Shown here one piece after another: positions 39,201 through 46,861 of a stretch of 64,000 nt of DNA. The position numbers and the translations under genes are program-made. Below the pieces are notes generated by a model. It did not search any database, had not been told where the DNA came from, and was given only the letters and a program-made list of their open reading frames with translations. The DNA comes from a virus. Position 1 is the first letter of the stretch; every line of letters starts with the position of its first letter. The stretch is from the IMG/VR virus record IMGVR_UViG_3300044956_000373, positions 5,888 through 69,887 of that record. One strand, written 5' to 3'.

Positions 39201-39862
39201 AAGAAAACGAAACCAAAAAGGCCAGCGATCCTAATAACGTTATTGCAGAAAAAAATAAAATAATGTCTAATATAAATGCAGAACAAACATTAACGGCAAA
39301 TCAAGATTGTAATTCTGCAATTACTGAGTTTTATAGAGGATTCACATTAGTAGAATCACCTTTAAAAACAAAAGTGACGTTTGGACAAATGAAAAACACG
39401 ATAATTGAAAAATTAGGTCAGTATGGATATACGACCCAACTACAACAATATGCAACAATTTTGTTCACGTTTTTATATGTCGACTCCTCAACACAACAGG
39501 GTTTTGAAAGTTATGAAAACAACTATAGCACTATTGATCTAAAACAATATTATGGAGACGCATTTTTTGAATACATTAATAGAAAATACTATTGTGTAAA
39601 TCGAGGTACAAATGTGAACGATCCAATTGTTAGTTTTATAGACCTTAATACATTTTTAAATTTTGCGATTTCCAAAATTGCGGGTATCTTATCAAGGGAC
39701 GTGACTGTTGGTACCGCATCATCTGAACTAGCTGAATTATATGTCAGATATTACCCAACCACAAAAAATTTAAATATTTGGACAGATTTAACACAAACGG
39801 ATAAAAATATATTAATCGAAAAATTTCAAAGAGCAATTAATACTTATAATTCATTAAATTAA
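33266..39862 (+). CDS. Very large baseplate hub-like structural protein
   Basis: 2198 aa following the LysM gene; C-terminal CSIDMMGNALIQPTMYF...GPYMITGVKHRI...FDTTFEG resembles hub (gp27/GpD-like) ends. Confidence 0.55.
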   Translation: MVDSNENILVEYDYDNITLIDPNRVVDNLGNVQERLVKQEDLVYYANLECNVLPRTKLAVGTALNDQQRTISVGKINFLNPGFKTFYDTSWSDELTGKDTLQGKGVNQPSLKSVKNPNKSDDYYITQSTYSNGTPGAVDTGLLGIKDINISMGMDFLPVVEMTLEDVKGRTLFEAGNNSPYAAFFQLPYPLFNLTLKGYYGKAIKYPLMLQSFTSNFDPSSHNFLIRLKFFGYKYTLLSYVNFGALMAVPHMYNNLVTTVTRKTETNDSIKETGQKSVLVSRGYEKMKEIYSDYKSKGLIDDDFPEITLNQLRYRLDEFIKNILEQFTKENMGVLTDVSNYQNSLINYQTKVYFGAGTSWFNRYMDTKNPYITKNGETVYTWLENIKLEDRPKWYKELEGLVITYNKQLNDNSVLGKNPGSYTIAKTTYSSSIDNTIQTEVFVKPINPKTDIDWVKSYKSLNPSVNFVDQDDVKFKTYKEGRLNIINKTIGNSNITFPNFLYFEGPGSFIEKTNKMAKDAEVKKKEIEEKIMNNLKVQFNNKEYGLGFIPTVRNILAIFYCQGEAFLRLLDEVHSKAWDQRENQYRRAAIFGGSTTAPSVDVKTSTQNNEPIYPWPQVIKETIGSDNQEKFEIIYPGAADVATQYRAYIPEVWPEVEFVEEFIKGYTYRDNDFTKLDSNQTNEANRPRRISLNSIDFPVSNQVFQNKQQSKYFYEIYERIILNAYYSKLNRISGYPFSVYNVVAENESINMIESLGQTNPYLSKILKEYQIDQTNFEIFLRHISNEGQGESWQNFIRGNFVTPYIKSEVENPSVLFNQDILNNTKSQPDVSLIIASNKINIENYVSETPASNIFDFTDIYPLTNLNWDKDYLANGSSLNFATESFETDSVIEYNGVQKTITNFQFDDQTNEKKPISNFNFFNLVGNRNIVNLKTFYETNTNTNQFVTEGNLRYTNYNGQLIAEQTTSMMNTPYFINAIQDGVFKFRYRPNEKSPYKAAAYLFLESLPLATTKEKYKTYESGAEISLDYILATLKKFGGIHKLPYSWILKYGAIWHRYKTWIDTGFDFLDDVWKDFDYAKNYDSINSDVTKLYQLLIGGVQRNIVCDQTTGVAPFTDMNVGFYPQLMDDYNVFIQGVKLLSGSSIVQGVCTISGNTMQVISISNNILSGGSQIVGPNISGTTTILSQVTGTTGGIGTYTISPSQSANTTTFNVLNTIINGPGSSDIQSLINNGTLVMFSTPNSSIYEPQGFDPNQITRTLRLNTWSMAVKENNKEDYFVFPSFGANINQTYSECFKNGIMRTEVSQNPSVFNGSIRLYWNASQYGYFDNNKVDKSAPDQYFKNINNNSEAQENFRITGDQNQYSKIDEMFSAFDLNTLDLFEKEFLNFSKSVYDYTDTIPPTISFNVSDLTQQNVTTLNSTETPSDKAYKNFQQLMRELMKVQTPVGTTPQTLFENITNSQNETFQTVLKNFLEYNVVFKYGNPSGFDRKSFFTFSTQFIEEPISIDPYIKNSLPGDGIAPGVTLLQSETQNPDVWKTLRKYVGFSEIPQLKYGNNGSYITDFFIVMNAGFNEKNIQDFAPLIKIFATQKIANPNLTANEFYSLMDDYLIESKNYLNNILSILMPSVRRQLPQVIISSQEGNVKANLEAGFTEQTRTELWETFKTLNDTWISGYDFSDKTLFEDVLLLDRASRDVGNKILVDIFEIKDLLEGSLYKNTMLGIVESVLKYNNFVTYMLPSYINFYNVQNAEKNPVPRPDGSDEFANSMFGTFLNVDYRNSSPKYVCVYASKPSEHLAMNDNIDYRYRDDAFDLRRSSDNPLIENQINKTDWARSNKVVGFNVDITLQNQQIFKQFDVAQDPGKPTAESLEVLNQMANLSRNRRSSTQSVSLYNLYKNRSYRCSIDMMGNALIQPTMYFNIRNIPLFSGPYMITGVKHRISENGFDTTFEGIRQPFYSLPKIENFIQSLNEKILTSIQEQIQENETKKASDPNNVIAEKNKIMSNINAEQTLTANQDCNSAITEFYRGFTLVESPLKTKVTFGQMKNTIIEKLGQYGYTTQLQQYATILFTFLYVDSSTQQGFESYENNYSTIDLKQYYGDAFFEYINRKYYCVNRGTNVNDPIVSFIDLNTFLNFAISKIAGILSRDVTVGTASSELAELYVRYYPTTKNLNIWTDLTQTDKNILIEKFQRAINTYNSLN

Positions 39863-39904
39863 CAAAACATTTTTGTTTAAACGTATATTTATAATAAAAA
39901 AACT

Positions 39905-40132
39905 ATGAGCAACGTAAAATTAATTTTAGATAACTATCTTGGAAAAAACACAAGAGTTTCTGAAAAAGACATGGGTGATGGTACAAAACAAGTTTGTGAC
40001 TTGGACACTGGTGATTGTTATACCGTTAGAATTAAAGATGGTCTTATAGAAAGAGTTGATAACACCATGAAAACTTTTAAAAAGATACAAGTAGAAACCA
40101 ATCATGGTATAAAAACATTATTAAATGGTTAA
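39905..40132 (+). CDS. Small hypothetical protein
   Basis: 75 aa ORF with CDLDTGDC; TATTTATA at 39886-39893. Confidence 0.6.
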   Translation: MSNVKLILDNYLGKNTRVSEKDMGDGTKQVCDLDTGDCYTVRIKDGLIERVDNTMKTFKKIQVETNHGIKTLLNG

Positions 40133-40134
40133 AG

Positions 40135-40812
40135 ATGAGTATTAGTAACAAGATATTAGAAGAAATAAAAAGGCACAATGATATAAATAAATATATTATG
40201 GAACAAGTACCACCGGCACCTGAAGGCGAAATTCCACCACCACCGGCAGACGCGGCTGTAACCCCACCACCACCGGCAGACGCGGCTGTAACCCCACCAC
40301 CTCCACCACCACCGGCAGACGCCTCACCACAAGTTGTTGATGTTGCAACAGATCCTGATGTTGAGGAAGTTGGTGTTGAAGGTGGGGAAGAAACTAAAGA
40401 GGAAGGAGATATCGAAGAAATTGACATCACTGATTTAGTAGATAATCAAAAAACAATGTCCGACAAACAAGAAGAATACTTCAACAACTTATTTAATCAA
40501 TTAGAAACTTTACAAAGTAAATTAGGAGAAATGGATCAACTTGTCCAAAAACTAAACAATATTGAAATTAAAGTTGATAAGTTCAGACCAAAAACTCCTG
40601 AAGAAAAATTAGAGTTAAGATCGTTAGATTCAGGACCTTTTAAACAAAAACTTTCTGATTTCTTTGAAGATAAATTACCTGAAATGGAAAAATCAGGAAA
40701 AAATGAATATGTTTTAACGTCGGATGAAGTTCAAAATTATGACCCATCTGAGGTTCAAAAATCATTTGACGCCGGTATTGAACCATCTAATCCTGACATA
40801 TATTATAAATAA
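40135..40812 (+). CDS. Acidic Pro-rich coiled-coil protein (possible prohead core/internal protein)
   Basis: ILEEIKRH..YIMEQ leader, poly-Pro repeats, acidic tract, coiled-coil. Confidence 0.6.
   Translation: MSISNKILEEIKRHNDINKYIMEQVPPAPEGEIPPPPADAAVTPPPPADAAVTPPPPPPPADASPQVVDVATDPDVEEVGVEGGEETKEEGDIEEIDITDLVDNQKTMSDKQEEYFNNLFNQLETLQSKLGEMDQLVQKLNNIEIKVDKFRPKTPEEKLELRSLDSGPFKQKLSDFFEDKLPEMEKSGKNEYVLTSDEVQNYDPSEVQKSFDAGIEPSNPDIYYK
40234..40323 (+). repeat. 30-bp tandem repeat encoding PPPPADAAVT (2 exact copies + partial)
   Basis: ccaccaccaccggcagacgcggctgtaacc at 40234-40263 and 40264-40293. Confidence 0.9.
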
Positions 40813-40815
40813 TTT

Positions 40816-40843
40816 AAAAGGTCACAATTAGTGACTTTTTTTT
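40816..40843 (+). terminator. Rho-independent terminator
   Basis: aaaaggtcac-aatta-gtgactttt followed by a T-run. Confidence 0.7.
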
Positions 40844-40851
40844 ATTACCCA

Positions 40852-40883
40852 TTTGACATTTGGTTAACTTACAATTATATTTC
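40852..40883 (+). promoter_or_regulatory. Candidate early/host-RNAP promoter for the ssb-recA block
   Basis: TTTG(40852)-N20-TATATTTC(40876), Bacteroidota-like; also reads as TTGACA-N17-TATATT. Confidence 0.55.
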
Positions 40884-40914
40884 TGACATATAAACTTTTT
40901 AATTTTTATCACAC

Positions 40915-41778
40915 ATGGCGACAAACTTATTAGACGCAGTACTGGCTCAGTACGAAAAATCAACACAGAACAGCACATCAGGCGGTTCAAAAATGTCTTC
41001 TGAAGATCGAATGAAAAAATACTTCGGAGCTCTTTTGAAAGACAATGAAAAACAAGGACAAAGACGAGTCCGAATTCTCCCAACAACAGACGGATCATCA
41101 CCTTTTAAAGAAGTATGGTTCCACGAAGTTCAAGTTGATGGTAAATGGCAAAAATTTTATGATCCGGCTAAAAATGACAATGAACGTTCACCACTCAATG
41201 AAGTTTACGAAGAACTCATGACAACAGGACGTGAGTCCGATAAAGAATTAGCAAAACAATATAAAGCTCGTAAATTTTACATTGTTAAAGTAATCGATAG
41301 AGATAACGAACAAGACGGAGTTAAATTTTGGCGTTTTAAACACAACTACAAACAAGAAGGAATCCTTGATAAAATCATTCCAATTTGGAAGGCCAAAGGA
41401 GATATTACAGATCCTGATAATGGTCGTGACTTAATTCTTGAATTAACTAAATCAAAAACTGGAAAAGGAGCTACCTACACGGTAATTCAAACCGTAATGT
41501 ATGACGACCCAACACCAATCTCAAAAGACGAAACACAAATGTCTGAGTGGGTTTCTGATGGAATGACTTGGGAAGACGTTTATTCTAAAAAACCTGTAGA
41601 ATATCTAGAAGCAATTGCAAGAGGTGAAACTCCACGTTGGGATTCTGAAAAAGGCGGATACGTTTATTCGAACGACGAAACATCAGAAGTTTCTATGGGA
41701 GGGACAAAATTAAAATCAATTTATAAAGTCTCTGATCCACAAATCGATGACGAAATTGACGAAGATCTACCGTTTTAA
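40915..41778 (+). CDS. Single-stranded DNA-binding protein (T4 gp32-like)
   Basis: RVRILP...PFKEVWFH...VIDRDNEQDGVKFWRF...DITDPDNGRDL; acidic tail ending DEDLPF. Confidence 0.8.
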   Translation: MATNLLDAVLAQYEKSTQNSTSGGSKMSSEDRMKKYFGALLKDNEKQGQRRVRILPTTDGSSPFKEVWFHEVQVDGKWQKFYDPAKNDNERSPLNEVYEELMTTGRESDKELAKQYKARKFYIVKVIDRDNEQDGVKFWRFKHNYKQEGILDKIIPIWKAKGDITDPDNGRDLILELTKSKTGKGATYTVIQTVMYDDPTPISKDETQMSEWVSDGMTWEDVYSKKPVEYLEAIARGETPRWDSEKGGYVYSNDETSEVSMGGTKLKSIYKVSDPQIDDEIDEDLPF

Positions 41779-41792
41779 TTATACAAAAAATG

Positions 41793-41823
41793 GGGCACTT
41801 TTTATAGACAAAGTGCCCTTTTT
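41793..41823 (+). terminator. Rho-independent terminator after ssb
   Basis: gggcacttt...aaagtgccc followed by ttttt. Confidence 0.65.
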
Positions 41824-41847
41824 CATTTATCTTTTTAATAAAAAAAT

Positions 41848-42069
41848 ATGAACAGGTTTATTGCAGAAAAACTAAAAGGAGCCCTCTTAAAAAAATATGA
41901 GGCAGAAATCGCAGACGCAGAAGCACGACTTTGTGTTTATTTCACAAGTCCAGTTGGAATTGGAGAACACCCCCAACACACAGAAGAAATGGACAACTTA
42001 GTAGAACAACTTACAAACGCAAAAGATAAGTTAGATACAATCAACAATTTTCAAATTATTGAACTATAA
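41848..42069 (+). CDS. Small hypothetical phage protein
   Basis: 73 aa with PVGIGEHPQHTEEMD motif; translationally coupled to recA. Confidence 0.65.
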   Translation: MNRFIAEKLKGALLKKYEAEIADAEARLCVYFTSPVGIGEHPQHTEEMDNLVEQLTNAKDKLDTINNFQIIEL

Positions 42070-43073
42070 TGACTCTCAAAAAAAATGATTTTAGCTCAAT
42101 TAAGAAGAAATTTTCTTCTGATGCTAAATACAAACCACAAAGATTTTTTGATCTTGGATCTGATTTTTTGGATGCGGTTGGACTTCCTGGACCTGCAATT
42201 GGTCATTTAAATATGTATTTAGGTCACTCTGATACAGGAAAAACTACGGCTCTTGTTAAAACCGCCGTTGACGCTCAAAAGAAAGGTATTTTACCCGTGT
42301 TCATTATTACAGAACAGAAATGGTCTTTTGAACACGCCAAACTTATGGGATTTGAATGTGAAGAAGTTGTTGATACTGAAACAGGTGAATTGACTTGGGA
42401 CGGTTTCTTTTTATTCAATAATAATTTTGAATACATCGAACAAATTACAGATTACATAAATGAACTATTAGACGCACAAGAAAAAGGTGAATTAGATTAT
42501 TCACTTTGTATAATGTGGGATTCGGTTGGATCCGTTCCATGTAAAATGACTTATGAAGGTCGAGGCGGAAAACAACATAATGCTGCGGCATTGGCGGACA
42601 AAATTGGTATGGGAATTAACCAAAGGATTTCAGGATCTAGAAAGTATGATTCTAAATATGAGAATAGTTTAATTATAATCGCACAACCATGGGTGGAGCT
42701 CCCAGATAATCCTTTTGGTCAACCGAAAATTAAGGCGAAAGGCGGAGAGGCTATTTGGTTGAATTCCTCTTTAGTGTTCTTATTCGGTAATCAAAAAAGT
42801 GCTGGAACAACAAAAATTACGGCAACAAAAGATAAGAGAACTATCAAATTTGCAATAAGAAGTAAGGTATCGGTATTAAAAAATCATATATCCGGTTTAG
42901 GTTATGATGATGGAAAAATAATTGTAACACCACATGGGTTTTTAGCAGGAAAAGATTCTGCTGAAGAAAAAACTAATATTGAAAAATATAAAAAAGAATA
43001 TGCTGATTATTGGAAAAATATTATTGGAATTGATGGTGATTTTGATTTAAAGGAAGAAAAAGAAGAAATTTGA
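42069..43073 (+). CDS. recA: RecA/UvsX-like recombinase
   Basis: Walker A GHSDTGKTT, Walker B IMWDSVGS, KAKGGEA, and VLKNH. Confidence 0.88.
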   Translation: MTLKKNDFSSIKKKFSSDAKYKPQRFFDLGSDFLDAVGLPGPAIGHLNMYLGHSDTGKTTALVKTAVDAQKKGILPVFIITEQKWSFEHAKLMGFECEEVVDTETGELTWDGFFLFNNNFEYIEQITDYINELLDAQEKGELDYSLCIMWDSVGSVPCKMTYEGRGGKQHNAAALADKIGMGINQRISGSRKYDSKYENSLIIIAQPWVELPDNPFGQPKIKAKGGEAIWLNSSLVFLFGNQKSAGTTKITATKDKRTIKFAIRSKVSVLKNHISGLGYDDGKIIVTPHGFLAGKDSAEEKTNIEKYKKEYADYWKNIIGIDGDFDLKEEKEEI

Positions 43074-43117
43074 TTATAAATTATAATAATTCTACTTTTA
43101 TAGATATTTATTAATAT

Positions 43118-43279
43118 ATGGGAAGGAAAAAAATTGAAGATCATGAAAAAAAAGTAAAAATTGGTGTATCTGTTGATCCTGATTTACCAAAATACTTTAA
43201 AGACAGATCAATAAATATTTCTTCCCTTGTTAATAAATTATTAAAAGACTATGTAAAAAATGGAAACAAAAATTTGTAG
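43118..43279 (+). CDS. Small RHH-like DNA-binding protein (absent from ORF track)
   Basis: MGRKKIEDHEKKVKIGVSVDPDLPKYFKDRSINISSLVNKLLKDYVKNGNKNL (53 aa); TATTTATT at 43105-43112; overlaps the HNH start. Confidence 0.7.
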   Translation: MGRKKIEDHEKKVKIGVSVDPDLPKYFKDRSINISSLVNKLLKDYVKNGNKNL

Positions 43280-43958
43280 TAAGTGTAGTCAAGAAAAAAA
43301 TATTTGCGAATTCTACAAAAGAAAAGAAACTAAAGATGGACATCGATCTGATTGTAAATGTTGTTTTAATGAAAGATCTTCGGAATATAAAAAAAACAAT
43401 CAGGAAAAGATTAGACAGATGCGTAAGAATTACTTTCAAAAAAACAAGCAATATCTTTTATATAAAAAACAGATTTGGAGAAAAAGTAATCCTGGAAAGT
43501 ATAAAAAACAAGTTAAAGACTATTGGGATAAAGTTAAAGATGTTCAAATTGAAAAAAAGAAAATATGGATCAACAATAATCGAAAAAAATATAACGATTA
43601 TTGGAAGAATCGAAAAAAACAAGAACCTGAATTTAAATTATTAACCGGTATGAGGTCAAGATTATCAGGATATTTAAAAAAACTCAACATTACAAAAACA
43701 AACAAAACTTTCGATATTGTTGGATGCACACCTCAAGAACTAAAAGAAAACTTAGAAAAACAATTTAGTAACGGTATGACTTGGGAAAATAGAGTAGAGT
43801 GGCATATAGATCATATAATTCCATTATCTTCTGCAAAAACTGAAGAAGAACTTTACAAGTTATGCCATTATACTAACTTACAACCTCTGTGGGCTGTTGA
43901 AAATATGAAAAAAGGAAACAAAATTGTTGAATCATCGAATGGTATGATAAATGAATAA
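43260..43958 (+). CDS. Free-standing HNH homing endonuclease
   Basis: N-terminal CxxC...CxxC; C-terminal WHIDHIIPLS...HYTNLQPLWAVENMKK. Confidence 0.88.
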   Translation: METKICSKCSQEKNICEFYKRKETKDGHRSDCKCCFNERSSEYKKNNQEKIRQMRKNYFQKNKQYLLYKKQIWRKSNPGKYKKQVKDYWDKVKDVQIEKKKIWINNNRKKYNDYWKNRKKQEPEFKLLTGMRSRLSGYLKKLNITKTNKTFDIVGCTPQELKENLEKQFSNGMTWENRVEWHIDHIIPLSSAKTEEELYKLCHYTNLQPLWAVENMKKGNKIVESSNGMINE

Positions 43959-44961
43959 AACATTATTAGTAGACGGAAATAATTTATTAAAAATTGGTTT
44001 TTATGGTGTTAGAGATTTCTATCATAATGGAAAACATGTTGGTGGAGTTTGGCACTTTCTAAACACTCTTCGTAAATTCTTGGAGGAACACAACTATAAT
44101 AAAGTTGTGGTACTTTGGGACTCTAAAACTTCATCGGCTCAAAGAAGATTACTTTATCCCAAGTATAAGTTAAATCGTAAATCATCTGAGACCGAATCAA
44201 AAGAAGAATCTTTTTTAGAACAAAAACAAAGGATTAAACAATATCTCGAGGAGATGTTTGTAAGACAACTAGAGACAGAACACGCAGAAGCTGATGACTT
44301 AATTGCTCACTACTGTAAAGTGTCTTTAGACGAAGAAAAAACGATATTCTCGAGTGACCGAGATTTAACTCAATTAATTGGAGAAAAAGTTTCCATTTAT
44401 TCACCATCCACAAAACAATATTATAAGTTGGGAGACAAAATAAAACTTCATGATATTGAAGTTCCCCACTATAATGTTAGAACAATTAAAATCCTCACTG
44501 GTGATAGTTCTGATAATATCGATGGAATATTTTATCTTGGTGAGAAAACTTTAATTAAATTGTTTCCTGAGTTACTTGAACAAAAAGTTGAATTAAACTA
44601 TATTTTACAAAAAAGTGAAAAACTTTTAAAAGAAGAAAAAAAAAACGTAGCTCTTCAAAACATACTTAGTGGGAAAACAAAAGAGGGTATTTTTGGTGAT
44701 GAGTTTTTTGTGATAAATGAAAAACTTGTAAACTTAGATAACCCCCTTTTGAATGACAAGGAAAAAGAATTAGTTGGAATATATTATTCAGAGTCGATGG
44801 ATCCCGACGGACGAGGACATAGAAATCTAATTCGAATGATGATGGAGGATGGATTTTTTAAGTACTTACCTAAGGGTGACGACGCTTGGGTGAGTTTTTT
44901 AAAACCATTTCTAAAATTGACAAGAAAAGAAAAACAAAAATTTAGAAACAAAAAAAAGTAA
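43951..44961 (+). CDS. 5'-3' exonuclease/flap endonuclease (Pol I N-terminal / T4 RNase H-like)
   Basis: LLVDGNN, YKLNR, EADDLIA, SSDRDLTQL and GDSSDNIDGI motifs. Confidence 0.9.
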   Translation: MNKTLLVDGNNLLKIGFYGVRDFYHNGKHVGGVWHFLNTLRKFLEEHNYNKVVVLWDSKTSSAQRRLLYPKYKLNRKSSETESKEESFLEQKQRIKQYLEEMFVRQLETEHAEADDLIAHYCKVSLDEEKTIFSSDRDLTQLIGEKVSIYSPSTKQYYKLGDKIKLHDIEVPHYNVRTIKILTGDSSDNIDGIFYLGEKTLIKLFPELLEQKVELNYILQKSEKLLKEEKKNVALQNILSGKTKEGIFGDEFFVINEKLVNLDNPLLNDKEKELVGIYYSESMDPDGRGHRNLIRMMMEDGFFKYLPKGDDAWVSFLKPFLKLTRKEKQKFRNKKK

Positions 44962-44968
44962 AAAACAA

Positions 44969-45418
44969 ATGAAAGAGCAGGATATAACAAAAGTTGAATT
45001 TTTGTTAATGTGTAACGAAAACATCGTGGTTCAAAGATTCTTCAACGTAAGAGGATTTAACAAAAACGCACATAAATCGGAGGAGTTTTACAACCACATT
45101 AAAAGTTTATGTCGCGATTTAAAGTACGATTTGAAGATAAGATCAGTTGTTTATATGTTAGACAACCAATATGAAATTTCTGAGAAACCTGAAGTTCTAA
45201 ACACCTCGATTACAGAAGGTCCAGAAAATTTTAACATAATAATTAAGGTTGGAGACCTGACAATTTGTCATAGACAGTTCGACGCGAAAGTATACCCTCC
45301 GAAGGTCAGATATACCGTAGACCTACGACCAAAGTTAAAATCAATCATGACTGAGTTAACTGACATTTTTTCAGCTAAAAATTTTAATTATTTTTATCCC
45401 AACTTTATCAAAAAATAA
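44969..45418 (+). CDS. Hypothetical protein
   Basis: 149 aa ORF within the replication operon. Confidence 0.6.
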   Translation: MKEQDITKVEFLLMCNENIVVQRFFNVRGFNKNAHKSEEFYNHIKSLCRDLKYDLKIRSVVYMLDNQYEISEKPEVLNTSITEGPENFNIIIKVGDLTICHRQFDAKVYPPKVRYTVDLRPKLKSIMTELTDIFSAKNFNYFYPNFIKK

Positions 45419-45450
45419 TACTATTTATCTTTACAAAAAGTAAAAAAAAT

Positions 45451-46842
45451 ATGGCGACTAGTAAAAATTTCGAGTATTTAGGGAACACATTTCAGTTACA
45501 ACTTTTAAATCGAATTGTAGTAGATAAAGACTTTTCACACTCTATAATCGACGTTATTGAAAATGATTATTTTGAAAACAAATACTTTAAAATCATTATT
45601 CAAATGATAAGAGAGTATTATCAAAAATACGATCATATACCATCGTTTGAAACACTTGAACAAATCACTAAATCTGAATTACAACAAGGCACCGCGTCAA
45701 AGATTGTTTTGGATATGATTAAAAAAATTAAAGACGCGCCTATTGATGGAGTTAGTTTCGTTCAAGAAAAGGCCTTAAAATTCTGTAAACAACAAGAACT
45801 TCAAAAGGTTATGGGAAAAGCGCAAAAAATCATTGACGGGGGTGAATTTGAAAACTATGACACCCTTGAAGAAATGGTAAAGACGGCCCTTCAGGTCGGA
45901 TCAAAAGATACATCAATGTTGGATGTATTTTCAAACCTTCACCAAGTACTTGAAGAGGACTACAGACACCCAATTCCGATGGGTATTTCAGGAATCGACA
46001 GATTGTTAAAAGGTGGTTTGGCAAAAGGAGAAATTGGAGTTATCTTAGCTCCTACGGGTGTTGGTAAATCAACCATACTAACAAAAATATCAAACCACGC
46101 ATTTAATCTCGGTTTTAATGTTATTCAGATATTTTTTGAGGACAACCCAAAGGTGATTCAAAGAAAACACTTTACCCTATGGACTAAAATTCATCCTGAC
46201 GATTTATCAGGTAAAAAAGATGAGGTTATGAGTAAAGTTAAACAGATTGAAGTGTCGATGTCAAATAAGTTGATTTTGAAAAAACTTCCGTCTGATACAA
46301 TGACTATGTTACAAATAAAAAATCAAATTAGAAAAATTGTTTCTGACGGAATTAAGATTGATATGGTAGTTTTAGATTATATTGATTGTATAGTTCCTGA
46401 CAAAAATCTTGGTGACGAATGGAAAAGTGAAGGGTCTGTGATGAGAGCTTTTGAAGCGATGTGTCACGAGATGAACATAGTTGGTTGGACCGCAACTCAA
46501 GGCAACCGATCATCAATTTCATCTGAAGTTGTGACCACGGATCAAATGGGGGGATCAATTAAAAAGGCACAAGTCGGACACGTTATTATATCGCTAGCTA
46601 AAACATTACAACAGAAAGAATTAAAGTTGGCAACAATAGCAATAACCAAGTCTCGTATTGGAGACGATGGGGTTGTGTTCGAGAATTGTAAGTTTGATAA
46701 TGCTATGATTGAAATTGATACTGAAAGCTCGATGACTTTCTTAGGTCTTGAGGAACAAAAAGAAGAAAGACAAAGACAAAGAGTTAGAGAACTTCTTGAA
46801 AAAAGAAAACAAAAAAACTCTCAAGATCAAACAAATAATTAA
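45451..46842 (+). CDS. dnaB: Replicative DNA helicase (DnaB/T4 gp41-like)
   Basis: GGLAKGEIGVILAPTGVGKS, VLDYID, WTATQGNR and KSRIG. Confidence 0.9.
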   Translation: MATSKNFEYLGNTFQLQLLNRIVVDKDFSHSIIDVIENDYFENKYFKIIIQMIREYYQKYDHIPSFETLEQITKSELQQGTASKIVLDMIKKIKDAPIDGVSFVQEKALKFCKQQELQKVMGKAQKIIDGGEFENYDTLEEMVKTALQVGSKDTSMLDVFSNLHQVLEEDYRHPIPMGISGIDRLLKGGLAKGEIGVILAPTGVGKSTILTKISNHAFNLGFNVIQIFFEDNPKVIQRKHFTLWTKIHPDDLSGKKDEVMSKVKQIEVSMSNKLILKKLPSDTMTMLQIKNQIRKIVSDGIKIDMVVLDYIDCIVPDKNLGDEWKSEGSVMRAFEAMCHEMNIVGWTATQGNRSSISSEVVTTDQMGGSIKKAQVGHVIISLAKTLQQKELKLATIAITKSRIGDDGVVFENCKFDNAMIEIDTESSMTFLGLEEQKEERQRQRVRELLEKRKQKNSQDQTNN

Positions 46843-46861
46843 AAGTTAAATTAAAACAAAA

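Noticed and set aside
43074-43958. Group I intron housing the HNH gene
   Set aside because: recA and the exonuclease are each complete on either side, and there is no room for a ribozyme core.
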